Source: an uncultured Bacteroidota bacterium
Lineage (GTDB): Bacteria; Bacteroidota; Ignavibacteria; UBA10030; UBA6906
Length of the DNA stretch: 64,000 bases
Direction: 5' to 3'
NCBI GenBank assembly: GCA_963700635.1
Contig: CAVOYH010000003.1
Location: forward strand, 1,216,001-1,280,000
Numbering within the stretch: the first letter of the stretch is position 1; every line of letters begins with the position of its first letter. Position numbers and translations under genes: made by a program. Of this stretch, positions 19,301-29,066 are shown one piece after another. Under the pieces are notes generated by a model, which had not been told where the DNA came from, did no database searches, and worked only from the letters and a program-made list of their open reading frames with translations.

Positions 19301-20737
19301 ATGAAGGCTCTTTCCACGTCTGCGGCTGACTCTCTCCGCGGTCTTCTGGATATCGTTCCCGACATGTGTTTTGTGCTTTCTGCGGACCTGAAGATCCTGG
19401 ACTGCAACCGGCGGGCACGGGCAATGACCGGTCTCCCTGCCCAGCTCGATGGCTCCATTCCTTTTGCCTCTGTGCTCACCTCCGAATCTTCGCGTCCGCC
19501 TTTTGATTCCCTCGATGAAACCACTCGTTCGTGCGAAACCGAAGTCCGCTTCCGGCTGGACGGACGCAGAGACCTGGATGTCCTTGTCTATGTGAACTGC
19601 ATACAGGTGGACGGGGAACGGCAGTACGTGATTTTCGGGAGGGACATCTCGGGTTCAAAACAGCGGGAGCTGGATCTGCTCCGCTTTGCCAATGTGGTCC
19701 ACTATACGGTCAACCCTATCCAGATCACCGATGCACAGGGACGGATGATCTATGTGAATCCCGCCTTTGAACGTACGACCGGGTTCACCAAGGAAGAACT
19801 TATCGGCCGGAACCCCAGCATCATCTCGAGCAAGAAATATGGCAAAGAATTCTGGGAGAAAGTATGGACGAGGATCAGCGCCGGGAAGGTCTGGAACGGC
19901 GAGATTGAAAACCGGCGGAAGGATGGTCAACCGCTCTACACACAGCTGCTGATCTCCCCCATTATGGATGCGGATGGGAATGTGGTAGGTTTTCTCGGTT
20001 CACATCGGGACGTAACCGAGCAGCGCGCACTCGAACAACAGCTCATGCATTCACAGAAAATGGAGAGTATCGGTACCCTGGCGGCAGGGATCGCTCATGA
20101 AGTGGGCAATCCGCTGGCCTCGATTTCCTCAATTGTACAGGTCTTGCAGCGCACCATGAGCGACGAGCTTGCGCGGGACAAACTGGCTCTGGTGCAATCC
20201 CAGGTGCATCGGATCACAAAAATCATCCGTGACCTTGTAGATTTTTCGCGTCCATCCAACTACCAGATTCAGCCCACCGACCTCGTAAAAGTTCTGACTA
20301 ATTCGGTCGAGATTGTGAAGATGGGCAAGAAAGCGAAGGAGGTCACGTTCTATACGCATGTACGCCACCAGGTACCAATCCTCTCTCTCGTGCCGGATCA
20401 GGTCGCCCAGGTCTTCATCAATATTCTTCTGAACGCCGTGGACGCGCTGCAGGGTAAGCGGGGGACCATCACGACGGATTTTGAACGTGATGAGGATGTG
20501 GTGCGGGTGACCATTGCTGATGACGGCGCCGGCATTGCGCCCGAACACCTTTCGAAAATCTTTGAACCGTTCTTTACGACAAAACGTGTGGGTGAAGGAA
20601 CCGGACTCGGGCTCTGGGTCAGCTATGGCATTATCCGGAGCTTCCGCGGTGATATCACGGTCCGCAGTGAACGGGGAGAAGGAACGTCATTCTGTGTCAC
20701 ATTGCCGTTACAACCAAAGGACTATATGCATGGCTGA
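19301..20737 (+). CDS. Cytoplasmic PAS-PAS sensor histidine kinase (NtrB-like)
   Basis: Two PAS domains and no TM segment; LAAGIAHEVGNPL H-box; N, G1, F (FEPFFTTK) and G2 (GTGLGL) boxes. Confidence 0.93.
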   Translation: MKALSTSAADSLRGLLDIVPDMCFVLSADLKILDCNRRARAMTGLPAQLDGSIPFASVLTSESSRPPFDSLDETTRSCETEVRFRLDGRRDLDVLVYVNCIQVDGERQYVIFGRDISGSKQRELDLLRFANVVHYTVNPIQITDAQGRMIYVNPAFERTTGFTKEELIGRNPSIISSKKYGKEFWEKVWTRISAGKVWNGEIENRRKDGQPLYTQLLISPIMDADGNVVGFLGSHRDVTEQRALEQQLMHSQKMESIGTLAAGIAHEVGNPLASISSIVQVLQRTMSDELARDKLALVQSQVHRITKIIRDLVDFSRPSNYQIQPTDLVKVLTNSVEIVKMGKKAKEVTFYTHVRHQVPILSLVPDQVAQVFINILLNAVDALQGKRGTITTDFERDEDVVRVTIADDGAGIAPEHLSKIFEPFFTTKRVGEGTGLGLWVSYGIIRSFRGDITVRSERGEGTSFCVTLPLQPKDYMHG

Positions 20738-22094
20738 GTCGATCCTGATTGTTGACGACGAAGAGATCATTCGTGAGTCTCTTTCCTTTGTGCTTACCAA
20801 GGAGGGATACCGTGTCGTGGATGCGGCGAACGGCAGGATCGCACTGGACATGATCCGGGAGACCTCGTTTGATCTGGTCATCACCGATCTCGAGATGCCG
20901 GAGATGAAAGGGATCGAGCTTCTGGAACACGTTACGCAGTTAAGCCCGGAGACGTTTGTCGTTATCATCACTGCCTATGGATCCATTGATACAGCGATTG
21001 CCGCCCTGCGTAAGGGTGCCGTGGACTATGTACTCAAACCGGTGGAGTTTGACGAGCTGCTCGTAAAGATCTCCCGGTTGCTGCAGACCCGCCGGATCAG
21101 CCTGGAAAACAAGTTGCTGCGGGGGGAACTCCATCGTCAATACACGTTTGATCAGATCATCGGACAGAGTCCCGCGATGCAGCGCGTGTTCGATACCATC
21201 CGTAAAGTGGCCGTCACCGACGGCACTGTGCTCATCAGCGGGAAAAGCGGGACCGGCAAGGAATTGGTTGCACGCGCAATCCACTTTAACAGCAAGCGAT
21301 CCGCGGGGCCGTTTGTTGCGGTCAACTGCGGTGCCATCGTGGAAAATCTCTTTGAAAGTGAACTCTTCGGCCATAAGCGGGGCGCGTTTACCGGGGCAGC
21401 GATGGACAAGGAGGGATTCTTCAAGGCAGCCGACGGGGGAACGTTGTTCCTGGATGAAATAAGCGAAATCCCCATGCACCTGCAGGTAAAACTCCTGCGC
21501 GCAATCGAACTCAAGGAGGTCACTGCGGTAGGCACCTCCATGCCGGTGCCGATGGATGTTCGGATCATCTCTTCAACGAACAAAAATCTGGCGAAGGAAG
21601 TCGAGGAGGGACGTTACCGGGAAGATCTCTTCTATCGTCTTAATATCGTAGAAATACCTCTCCCCTCGCTGACGGAACGCGTCGATGACATTCCCCTTCT
21701 GGTTCAACATTTTGTCGCCAGATACGCCAAGGAGATGAGCAAGGATGTGCGAGGGGTGGACAATGAAGTGATGAAATGTCTGGTGGGACACTCCTGGAAG
21801 GGGGAAATCCGGGAACTCGAGAACATTATCGAGCGCGCGGTGATTTTTGCCGAAGGGAATATTGTGACCAAAAAGGAATTGCCCGCGTTTTTTGATCAAC
21901 GAACTGATGCGGTGTACTCGTTCGACGCCCGGCGTTCAATGAAGGAGGCGGTGGACGACTTCGAACGGCAGTATATTGCACATGTGCTCCGGACAAACCA
22001 GTTCAACAAGGAAGTCGCCGCAAAAGCCTTGAAGATCAGCCTTTCTTCTCTCTACCGGAAGATCGAGGAGTTAAATATCCCTTCGCAGGGTTAG
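20730..22094 (+). CDS. Sigma54-dependent response regulator (NtrC family)
   Basis: Receiver (IVDDE, TDLEMP, LKP), Walker A GKSGTGKE, intact GAFTGA, LFLDEI, Fis-type HTH. Confidence 0.96.
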   Translation: MAESILIVDDEEIIRESLSFVLTKEGYRVVDAANGRIALDMIRETSFDLVITDLEMPEMKGIELLEHVTQLSPETFVVIITAYGSIDTAIAALRKGAVDYVLKPVEFDELLVKISRLLQTRRISLENKLLRGELHRQYTFDQIIGQSPAMQRVFDTIRKVAVTDGTVLISGKSGTGKELVARAIHFNSKRSAGPFVAVNCGAIVENLFESELFGHKRGAFTGAAMDKEGFFKAADGGTLFLDEISEIPMHLQVKLLRAIELKEVTAVGTSMPVPMDVRIISSTNKNLAKEVEEGRYREDLFYRLNIVEIPLPSLTERVDDIPLLVQHFVARYAKEMSKDVRGVDNEVMKCLVGHSWKGEIRELENIIERAVIFAEGNIVTKKELPAFFDQRTDAVYSFDARRSMKEAVDDFERQYIAHVLRTNQFNKEVAAKALKISLSSLYRKIEELNIPSQG

Positions 22095-22126
22095 GAATTT
22101 CGCCCCCCCATTCCCACAATTCGGAA
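22082..22126. promoter_or_regulatory. Paired imperfect palindromes, candidate enhancer sites
   Basis: TTCGCA-N4-TAGGAA (22082) and TTCCCA-N4-TCGGAA (22111). Confidence 0.5.
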
Positions 22127-22207
22127 TCAGCTGCCAACGGCCCACGCCTACATAGTCAAAATCGGGGTGTTTTCGGCAGCTTCTTTCCCTCCTCAGGCCT
22201 CGACTAT

Positions 22208-22222
22208 TGGCACAACTCTTGA
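22208..22222 (+). promoter_or_regulatory. Sigma54 -24/-12 promoter upstream of the USP gene
   Basis: TGGCACA-ACTC-TTGA. Confidence 0.7.
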
Positions 22223-22252
22223 AAAACCCCCATCAAACAACGGGGGTCATGG

Positions 22253-22717
22253 ATGATATTTCTCAAGAAGATACTCGTAACAACGGATCTGTCGCCGTTC
22301 TCTCTGGCAGCAATGGAGTACGCGACGTCGTTAGGAACACTCTACTCTTCGAGGATCTATCTCCTTTACGTGCCGGACGGGAAGGAGGGACAAGCACAAC
22401 CGAAGACCGAAGAGGAGGCCGGGAAGGCCCTGGAGGAATTTGTCCGCACGAACGTGTCAAGTGACACGCGGCTTGTCCAGGTAGTGCGAAAGGGTGTCCC
22501 CGTGGAGGAAATCAATCGCTTCTCCCAGGAGGAGGGCATTGACCTCATCATCATAGCATCACACGGACGAACGGGCTTGCGCCACATGGTAATGGGAAGC
22601 GTGGCAGAACGAATCGTCCGGCTTTGCACTGTGCCGGTGTTGACCATTAAACCCCAACCCTTCCGGGAGACGATTCTCCGGAGGGAGGACATCGAAAAGG
22701 AACTGCACCTGCGGTAA
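22253..22717 (+). CDS. Universal stress protein
   Basis: KKILVTTDLS...DLIIIASHGRTG...MGSVAERIVR...VPVL. Confidence 0.93.
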   Translation: MIFLKKILVTTDLSPFSLAAMEYATSLGTLYSSRIYLLYVPDGKEGQAQPKTEEEAGKALEEFVRTNVSSDTRLVQVVRKGVPVEEINRFSQEEGIDLIIIASHGRTGLRHMVMGSVAERIVRLCTVPVLTIKPQPFRETILRREDIEKELHLR

Positions 22718-22744
22718 GCAGGTCATGGATGTAAATACAGAAAC

Positions 22745-23170
22745 ATGCAACAAGACACCAAACATAAAAATACGGAAACCACTTCTGAAGTGGAAGGCGG
22801 AGACGGGAAAAAGACGATACTGCTCTACAGTCCCGACCTGAACTTCTGTTTTAGCCTGTCAATGCTTTTCCAGGATCGTTATAATGTAATCACGACAACA
22901 AATCTTGGTATGCTGGACAAGCTGGTTGCTGACTATTCAGCAGACCTCGTGCTGGTTGATGCAGTTCCTTCCGAGAAACTCATCGAACGGCTGGGAGCAC
23001 TGCGCGGCTTGAACAATGCCCTCCCGATCATCCTCCTCTATGTGTACAATGCCAGGGATGTGGACCTGGATCGTACCATTCGTGAACATGTTGATTCAGT
23101 ATTTTACAAACCGTTAGAGATTCTCTCAATCTCCAAACGTGTTGAAGAACTGCTCTCCCGGACATCTTGA
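22745..23170 (+). CDS. Stand-alone degenerate receiver-domain protein
   Basis: CheY-like pattern (ILLYSPD, DLVLVD, PIILL, YKP) lacking the usual acidic pair. Confidence 0.65.
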   Translation: MQQDTKHKNTETTSEVEGGDGKKTILLYSPDLNFCFSLSMLFQDRYNVITTTNLGMLDKLVADYSADLVLVDAVPSEKLIERLGALRGLNNALPIILLYVYNARDVDLDRTIREHVDSVFYKPLEILSISKRVEELLSRTS

Positions 23171-23196
23171 ACACCCCCGCCAGAATGGCCTGTTGT

Positions 23197-23265
23197 TTCC
23201 CAACCCTGCAAATAAGGCGCGAAATTCTCGCATATTTAGGAATATTTTCAGAGCATGCTTGAGAA
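23197..23265. promoter_or_regulatory. Candidate enhancer sites upstream of the cytochrome operon
   Basis: TTCCCA-N4-TGCAAA (23197), CTCGCA-N4-TAGGAA (23227) and half-site TGAGAA (23260). Confidence 0.45.
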
Positions 23266-23301
23266 TATGTGGCAAATTTCAACAATTTCGACGCCTGAAT
23301 C

Positions 23302-23316
23302 TGGCATGTTGATTGA
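23302..23316 (+). promoter_or_regulatory. Sigma54 -24/-12 promoter of the multiheme cytochrome operon
   Basis: TGGCATG-TTGA-TTGA, 44 nt before the GTG start. Confidence 0.65.
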
Positions 23317-23359
23317 CCCTGAAGTCAGTTATCTAGCCCGAATCGGGAGAATAAGTCTT

Positions 23360-25492
23360 GTGAAACGGTTTCTCTTTATACTACTGGGAGTCTGGATATT
23401 TTCTACTCCCCGCCTCGCTGCGCAGTCCGATACGGAATGCCTCAGTTGTCACTCTGATGCATCGATCAGTATGGAACGTAAAGGGGTGACGGTTTCCCTC
23501 GCTGTGGACGGGAAGCAGTTCGCCTCTTCGGCACATGGAAAGCTGGGATGTGTGCAGTGCCATTCCGGATTCCGTCCTTTTGAACTCCCGCACGCGCGGA
23601 AAATCAAGGCGGTCGACTGTTCGCAGTGTCATCAGAGCGACCACCTCAACACCTATGCGCAGAGCGTTCACGGTGGGGCAGCGAAGGAGAAGGGTGCGGC
23701 TGCCTGCGTGGACTGCCATACAACACACGCGATTCGCAAAGTCTCAGACCTGGAGCCCCAGCAGCGGAAAGCGTTTGCGGAACGGATGTGTTCGAAATGC
23801 CATGGGAGCGTAAGTGTACGGTACGTGCAATCGGACCATGGGATCGCACTCGCAAACGGAGTAAAAGGTGCGCCGAGTTGTATTGATTGCCATGGTGAGC
23901 ACGGCGTACAATCCTCGGCAACGACAGAGTCAACCACGCACCGCGCGCATCAGGCGCAGATGTGCGAAAGTTGTCATCTTGACAACCCGGAAGTACGCGC
24001 CCGCGTGGGACCCTCGGCTGGGTTCATCCGCAGCTACGAGCAAAGTGTCCACGGGCAGGCAATCGCACACGGCAATGATGCTGCTGCCACCTGCACCGAT
24101 TGCCACACGAGCCATGATATGCGGAAGGGCTCGAATCCGGGGTCGACGGTGTCCAAGAAGAACATTGCGGCCACGTGCGCAGCCTGTCATGGCGATATCA
24201 AAGAGCAGTATGACGCGAGTATTCATGGCATAGCGCTTTCAAAGGGAATTGGCGCTTCGCCGACCTGCACCGACTGCCATGGCGAACATAACATCCTCTC
24301 GCCCAAAGACGCACGCTCCCCGGTTGCCGCCGGCAACGTCTCCGCACAAGTGTGTTCCCCCTGCCATGAATCCGTCCGACTGACGGAAAAATATGGTCTT
24401 GCCTCCGACCGGTTCCGGAGCTTCGAAGACAGTTTCCATGGTCTTGCCACGAGGGCGGGATCTGTGGAAGTGGCAAATTGCGCCAGCTGTCATGGCGTGC
24501 ACGATATCAAGCCGTCAACGGATTCCACTTCGCGGATTTTTCCCGCAAATCTTATACAGACATGCGGGGATTGCCATCCGGGTGCCAACGAAAATTTTAC
24601 CCGCGGCTCGGTGCACGTGATTGCGACGGAAAGCGGCGAGCAAATCCTGTACTTTGTATCCAACGGGTATCTGGCTCTGATTTTCGTCATCATCGGAGGC
24701 ATGCTCTTTCACAACATCCTGGACTTCCTGAGGAAATCCCGGAAGCAGCTTCAGTATCGCAGGGGTGATCTCCCCCGTAAACATGTTGCGCACCGGCTCT
24801 ACGTACGTATGACGCTGAACGAGCGAATACAACACGGCACACTGGTGGTCAGTTTTATCGCGCTCGTCGTCACCGGGTTTGCGCTCCGGTATCCGGACGC
24901 CTGGTGGGTCGCGCCGTTGCGCAGCCTGAGTCCCTTGATGTTTGAACTGCGCGGTATCCTCCATCGGGTTGCGGCGGTTGTGATGGTGGGGGCGAGTCTG
25001 TACCATGTGTACTATCTGTTCTTCGTGACGCGGGGAAAAGAACTCTTGAAGGATCTTCTCCCGCGCAGGCAGGACATTACCGATGCCGTCGCAGTGTTAC
25101 GCTACAATCTGGGGTTCTCACCGGAGAAACCCAGATTCGGCCGGTTCAGCTACATTGAAAAGAGCGAATACTGGGCGCTGGTATGGGGAACCATCGTCAT
25201 GGGAGTCACGGGAGTGATTCTCTGGTTCGACAACCTCTTTCTTGGCCTGCTGACCAAACTCTGGTGGGATGTTGCACGAACGGTGCATTATTACGAGGCA
25301 TGGCTTGCGACCCTCGCAATTATTGTCTGGCATTTCTATTTTGTTATTTTTAACCCGGATACCTACCCCATCAACCTGGCGTTCTGGAAAGGAACGCTGA
25401 CGGAAGAGGAGATGGAGGAAGAACATCCGTTGGAACTGGAGAAACTACAGGAGCAGCAGCGGCTTCTTCCGGCGGATGCAGAGAGTGTGTAA
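23360..25492 (+). CDS. 13-heme cytochrome c fused to a cytochrome b/b6 membrane domain (CbcL-like)
   Basis: Signal peptide and 13 CXXCH, then TM helices with His residues (IQHG, LHRVAA, VHYYEA, WHFY) and GRFSYIEKSEYWAL. Confidence 0.9.
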   Translation: MKRFLFILLGVWIFSTPRLAAQSDTECLSCHSDASISMERKGVTVSLAVDGKQFASSAHGKLGCVQCHSGFRPFELPHARKIKAVDCSQCHQSDHLNTYAQSVHGGAAKEKGAAACVDCHTTHAIRKVSDLEPQQRKAFAERMCSKCHGSVSVRYVQSDHGIALANGVKGAPSCIDCHGEHGVQSSATTESTTHRAHQAQMCESCHLDNPEVRARVGPSAGFIRSYEQSVHGQAIAHGNDAAATCTDCHTSHDMRKGSNPGSTVSKKNIAATCAACHGDIKEQYDASIHGIALSKGIGASPTCTDCHGEHNILSPKDARSPVAAGNVSAQVCSPCHESVRLTEKYGLASDRFRSFEDSFHGLATRAGSVEVANCASCHGVHDIKPSTDSTSRIFPANLIQTCGDCHPGANENFTRGSVHVIATESGEQILYFVSNGYLALIFVIIGGMLFHNILDFLRKSRKQLQYRRGDLPRKHVAHRLYVRMTLNERIQHGTLVVSFIALVVTGFALRYPDAWWVAPLRSLSPLMFELRGILHRVAAVVMVGASLYHVYYLFFVTRGKELLKDLLPRRQDITDAVAVLRYNLGFSPEKPRFGRFSYIEKSEYWALVWGTIVMGVTGVILWFDNLFLGLLTKLWWDVARTVHYYEAWLATLAIIVWHFYFVIFNPDTYPINLAFWKGTLTEEEMEEEHPLELEKLQEQQRLLPADAESV

Positions 25493-25496
25493 CCTC

Positions 25497-27533
25497 ATGA
25501 AAAGAGAACGGACAGACATGCACCGGGGAGGATGGTTGTGGCGGTGGAGTGTTATGCTCTGTCTGGCGCTTCTCTGCCTTCTCCCCGGCACGGTGCAGGC
25601 ACAGGATGCGGAAGAGTGTCTCCTCTGCCACAGCGATCGGGATCTGCGCGGGACGCGGAAAGGGAGATCGATCAGCGTCTTTGTGGACGAGAAGAAGTTT
25701 GGTTCTTCCGTGCATGGGACCCTCGCGTGTGTTACCTGTCATGCCGATCTTTCGGGGAAAGAAATGCCGCATGCGGACGATGTGGCGCCGGCGGTCTGCG
25801 GTGACTGTCACGACAGGGTGCAAGCTCTCCACACGGGATCTCTTCACGGCAAGGCGGTGAAGAGCGGAGATCCCCTTGCGCCACGCTGTGCGGATTGTCA
25901 TGGGTCACACGGAATTCTTCCTGCAAAGGATCCACGGTCACCTGTTGCCCCGATGAAAATTCCCTTTCTTTGCGGGAAGTGCCACACGGAAGGGGCTCCG
26001 GTTCAACGGCAACGGGTAATCCACGCAGATCATATCGTCGAAAACTACTCTGAAAGTATTCACGGCGAAGGACTTCTCCGCAAAGGGCTTGTCGTCTCGG
26101 CAACGTGTGCCTCCTGCCACACCGCACACGCGATTCTTCCTCACACCGATCCCGCATCATCGATAGCGAGGCGCAATATCGCGGCCACCTGCACGCAATG
26201 TCATGCGGAAATTGAGATGGTGCACCGGAAGGTGATCAAGGGCGAGTTGTGGGAACGGGAAGCCCATGTCCTGCCTGCCTGCGTGGATTGCCACCAGCCA
26301 CACAAGGTGCGCAAGGTGTTTTACGATCAGGGTATGGCCGATAAGGACTGCATGCGCTGTCACGCCAAGCCCGATCTTGTTGCATCCAGAGACCGGCGGT
26401 CAATGTATGTCGCGCAGGATCATCTGGGAAATTCGAAGCACGCACGGACGTCATGCAGCCAGTGCCATACGGGTGTGAATGCAGCCAAGGTGCGGCCGTG
26501 CGAGACCATCACACAGAAAGTTGATTGTGCATCATGCCACGCCGAGGTAGCGCAGCAGTATGCGGGCAGCATTCACGGTAAGCTGGTGGCGCGTCAGGAT
26601 CCCAATGGCCCGACATGCAAAGAATGCCACGGAACACATGCGGTGCTTGGCAAACTCCAGCCCGAGTCGCCCAGCTTTCCCACAAATGTCCCGACACTGT
26701 GTGCCCGCTGTCATCGCGAAGGTGAGAAAGCCGCGGTTCGGTATACAGGGGATCAAACGAACATCGTGGAGCATTACGGCGAAAGTATTCATGGTAGGGG
26801 CCTGACACGAAGCGGGTTGACGGTGACCGCCATGTGCACCAACTGTCACACCGCACACGGCGTGCTCCCGCGGAAAGATCCCCAGTCCAGCATCAACCCG
26901 AAAAATGTCCCTGCAACATGCGGACGGTGTCACCACGGGATCGAAGACCAATTCCGTCACAGTGTGCATGCAAGTATCGACACCACCTCAGGGAAGAAGC
27001 TGCCGGTCTGTGATGATTGCCACAGCGCCCACACGATCCGCCGGGCTGACGAAGAGGGATTCAAGCTCACGATCATGAACCAGTGCGGCAGGTGCCATGA
27101 GGATATCGCCAAAACGTACTTTGATACGTACCATGGGAAGGTGTCACAGCTCGGGTACACCAAAACTGCAAAATGTTACGATTGCCATGGCGCGCATGAT
27201 ATCCTTCCGGTTACGGATACCCGCTCACATCTCAGCAGAGAAAATGTCGTCGCAACATGTCAGAAGTGCCATCCCGGCGCAAACCGGAGGTTCGCGGGAT
27301 ATCTCACCCATGCCACGCACCATGATCCCGACAAGTACCCGTTCCTGTTCTGGACTTTCTGGGGGATGACCGGGTTGTTAGTGGTGACATTTGTCGTCAG
27401 CGGCTTGCACACACTCCTCTGGTTGCCACGGGCGATCCAGATGCGAAGGGCGCGGACACGGCGGGAAAAAGCCGTCGAGGCGAAACCGAAGGCGGATGAA
27501 GTAGAAAAGGACAATGAACCACCAGCACAATAA
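25497..27533 (+). CDS. 19-heme membrane-anchored cytochrome c
   Basis: Signal peptide (VQA/QD), 19 CXXCH and one C-terminal TM helix; paralogous to the c-domain of the upstream gene. Start may be 25518. Confidence 0.9.
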   Translation: MKRERTDMHRGGWLWRWSVMLCLALLCLLPGTVQAQDAEECLLCHSDRDLRGTRKGRSISVFVDEKKFGSSVHGTLACVTCHADLSGKEMPHADDVAPAVCGDCHDRVQALHTGSLHGKAVKSGDPLAPRCADCHGSHGILPAKDPRSPVAPMKIPFLCGKCHTEGAPVQRQRVIHADHIVENYSESIHGEGLLRKGLVVSATCASCHTAHAILPHTDPASSIARRNIAATCTQCHAEIEMVHRKVIKGELWEREAHVLPACVDCHQPHKVRKVFYDQGMADKDCMRCHAKPDLVASRDRRSMYVAQDHLGNSKHARTSCSQCHTGVNAAKVRPCETITQKVDCASCHAEVAQQYAGSIHGKLVARQDPNGPTCKECHGTHAVLGKLQPESPSFPTNVPTLCARCHREGEKAAVRYTGDQTNIVEHYGESIHGRGLTRSGLTVTAMCTNCHTAHGVLPRKDPQSSINPKNVPATCGRCHHGIEDQFRHSVHASIDTTSGKKLPVCDDCHSAHTIRRADEEGFKLTIMNQCGRCHEDIAKTYFDTYHGKVSQLGYTKTAKCYDCHGAHDILPVTDTRSHLSRENVVATCQKCHPGANRRFAGYLTHATHHDPDKYPFLFWTFWGMTGLLVVTFVVSGLHTLLWLPRAIQMRRARTRREKAVEAKPKADEVEKDNEPPAQ

Positions 27534-28365
27534 ACCCGACGAGCGTCAGTACCTGCGGTTCACGCGGCTGAACCGCCTACTCCACGCCACCATGATCGTC
27601 TGCTTCATCAGCCTGGCGTTGACGGGCATGACGCTCAAATTCTCCTATACAGGCTGGGCCGCGTTTCTGTCGAGACTCTTCGGCGGGTACGAAACGGCGG
27701 GCTACGTTCACCGTCTCGCCGCAGTCGTGATGGTAGGAATCTTCATCGTGCATCTTGTGGACCTCGTCCGTCGCAAGCGGCGAGGACATACGAGCTGGAA
27801 AAGTATGCTCACCGGGCCGGACACCATGATGCCCACCAGGCGGGATCTTACCGACGCCCGGGACTCGCTACGGTGGTTCCTGGGCATGGGGCCGCGTCCG
27901 AATTACGGGAGATGGACATACTGGGAGAAATTTGACTATTTTGCAGTGTTCTGGGGGATGGTTGTCATCGGATCCACCGGGTTTACGCTCTGGTTCCCGG
28001 AGTTCTTCACATTGGTGTTTCCGGGTTGGATGATTAATGTGGCGGCAATCATTCACAGTGATGAAGCCCTGCTTGCGACAGGGTTTATCTTCACCGTACA
28101 TTTCTTCAATACCCATCTCCGTCCCGAAAAGTTTCCCATGGATATGGTGATTTTTACCGGACGAATGCCGGTTGAGGAGCTTGCGGAGGATAAGCCGGAG
28201 GAGTATGCAAAACAGGTTGCAGCTGGGACGCTGGAAAACAACCTCGTGGAACCGTATCAGCCTATCGTGATTCGTGCGATCCGGACATTTGCCTGGATAG
28301 CGCTGGGGATCGGATTCAGCATCGTGGTCTGGATCATTTATGCCATGGTATTCTCATATCGGTAA
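27514..28365 (+). CDS. Cytochrome b/b6 membrane subunit, partner of the 19-heme protein
   Basis: LLHAT, VHRLAA, GRWTYWEKFDYFAVFWG, IHSDEA, VHFFN; overlaps the upstream stop. Confidence 0.88.
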   Translation: MNHQHNKPDERQYLRFTRLNRLLHATMIVCFISLALTGMTLKFSYTGWAAFLSRLFGGYETAGYVHRLAAVVMVGIFIVHLVDLVRRKRRGHTSWKSMLTGPDTMMPTRRDLTDARDSLRWFLGMGPRPNYGRWTYWEKFDYFAVFWGMVVIGSTGFTLWFPEFFTLVFPGWMINVAAIIHSDEALLATGFIFTVHFFNTHLRPEKFPMDMVIFTGRMPVEELAEDKPEEYAKQVAAGTLENNLVEPYQPIVIRAIRTFAWIALGIGFSIVVWIIYAMVFSYR

Positions 28366-28476
28366 CCGGATTGTTCTTGAGGGCTTAATGGCCGGCCCTC
28401 AGCCATGGCAAAAAGTGGCAAATTGTTTTTGTTTCCCGTACATTACAGTATCATTACACCTTAGAAGGAGGAGTTT

Positions 28477-29016
28477 ATGAGAATCGCTCTGACGGTCGTC
28501 ACAGTCGTCGTTGCTGTCGTGTTCCTTACCGGCACGGTCGCTGCTGAGAACAAGTTTGTGGGTACGAAGATGTGTGCGATGTGCCATAAGGCAAAGGACA
28601 AAGGCGAGGCCTCTGTCATCTGGCAGAAGAGCACTCACGCAAATGCCTTCAAGACGCTGGAAGGCGAACAGGCAAAGAAGATTGCGAAGGAGAAGGGTTT
28701 GTCGAAACCGCCGGCCGAATCTCCCGAATGCCTCAAATGCCATGTCACCGGTGGTGGAGTTGCAAAAAATGTCGACAAGTCATTCGATATGAAAGAAGGT
28801 GTGACGTGCGAAGCATGCCATGGCGCAGCGTCGGGATACAAGACCCTCCATGCAAAGGCAGAGAACAAGGCGAAGGCAGTCGCGGCAGGCCTTATCACGG
28901 GTGAAGCGTCCGCGAAGTTGTGTGTAACCTGCCACAACGAAGAGAGTCCGACATTCAAGGGATTCAAGTACGACGAGTACTGGTCCAAGATCGAGCACAA
29001 ACTTCCCAAGAAATAG
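28477..29016 (+). CDS. Periplasmic tetraheme cytochrome c554-like protein
   Basis: AAGGAGG SD, signal peptide, FVGxxxCAMCH, WQKSTHANAF, CLKCH, GVTCEACHG, CVTCH. Confidence 0.88.
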   Translation: MRIALTVVTVVVAVVFLTGTVAAENKFVGTKMCAMCHKAKDKGEASVIWQKSTHANAFKTLEGEQAKKIAKEKGLSKPPAESPECLKCHVTGGGVAKNVDKSFDMKEGVTCEACHGAASGYKTLHAKAENKAKAVAAGLITGEASAKLCVTCHNEESPTFKGFKYDEYWSKIEHKLPKK

Positions 29017-29029
29017 GAACATTTGTACG

Positions 29030-29066
29030 ACGGCGGGGGATGAAGGAACTACCTCCGCCGTTTTTT
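29030..29066 (+). terminator. Intrinsic terminator-like hairpin inside the cytochrome cluster
   Basis: ACGGCGGGGG...CCTCCGCCGT followed by a T run. Confidence 0.65.

Noticed and set aside
25497-28365. Frameshifted pseudogene of a fused cytochrome c/b
   Set aside because: Both parts are intact. The upstream protein has a charged tail, and the downstream gene has its own AAGGA SD and ATG in a 20-nt overlap, which fits a natural split. A sequence error is not fully excluded.
28405-28432. Sigma54 promoter before the tetraheme cytochrome (TGGCAAA twice)
   Set aside because: Neither copy has a TTG(C/A) element at the required spacing.
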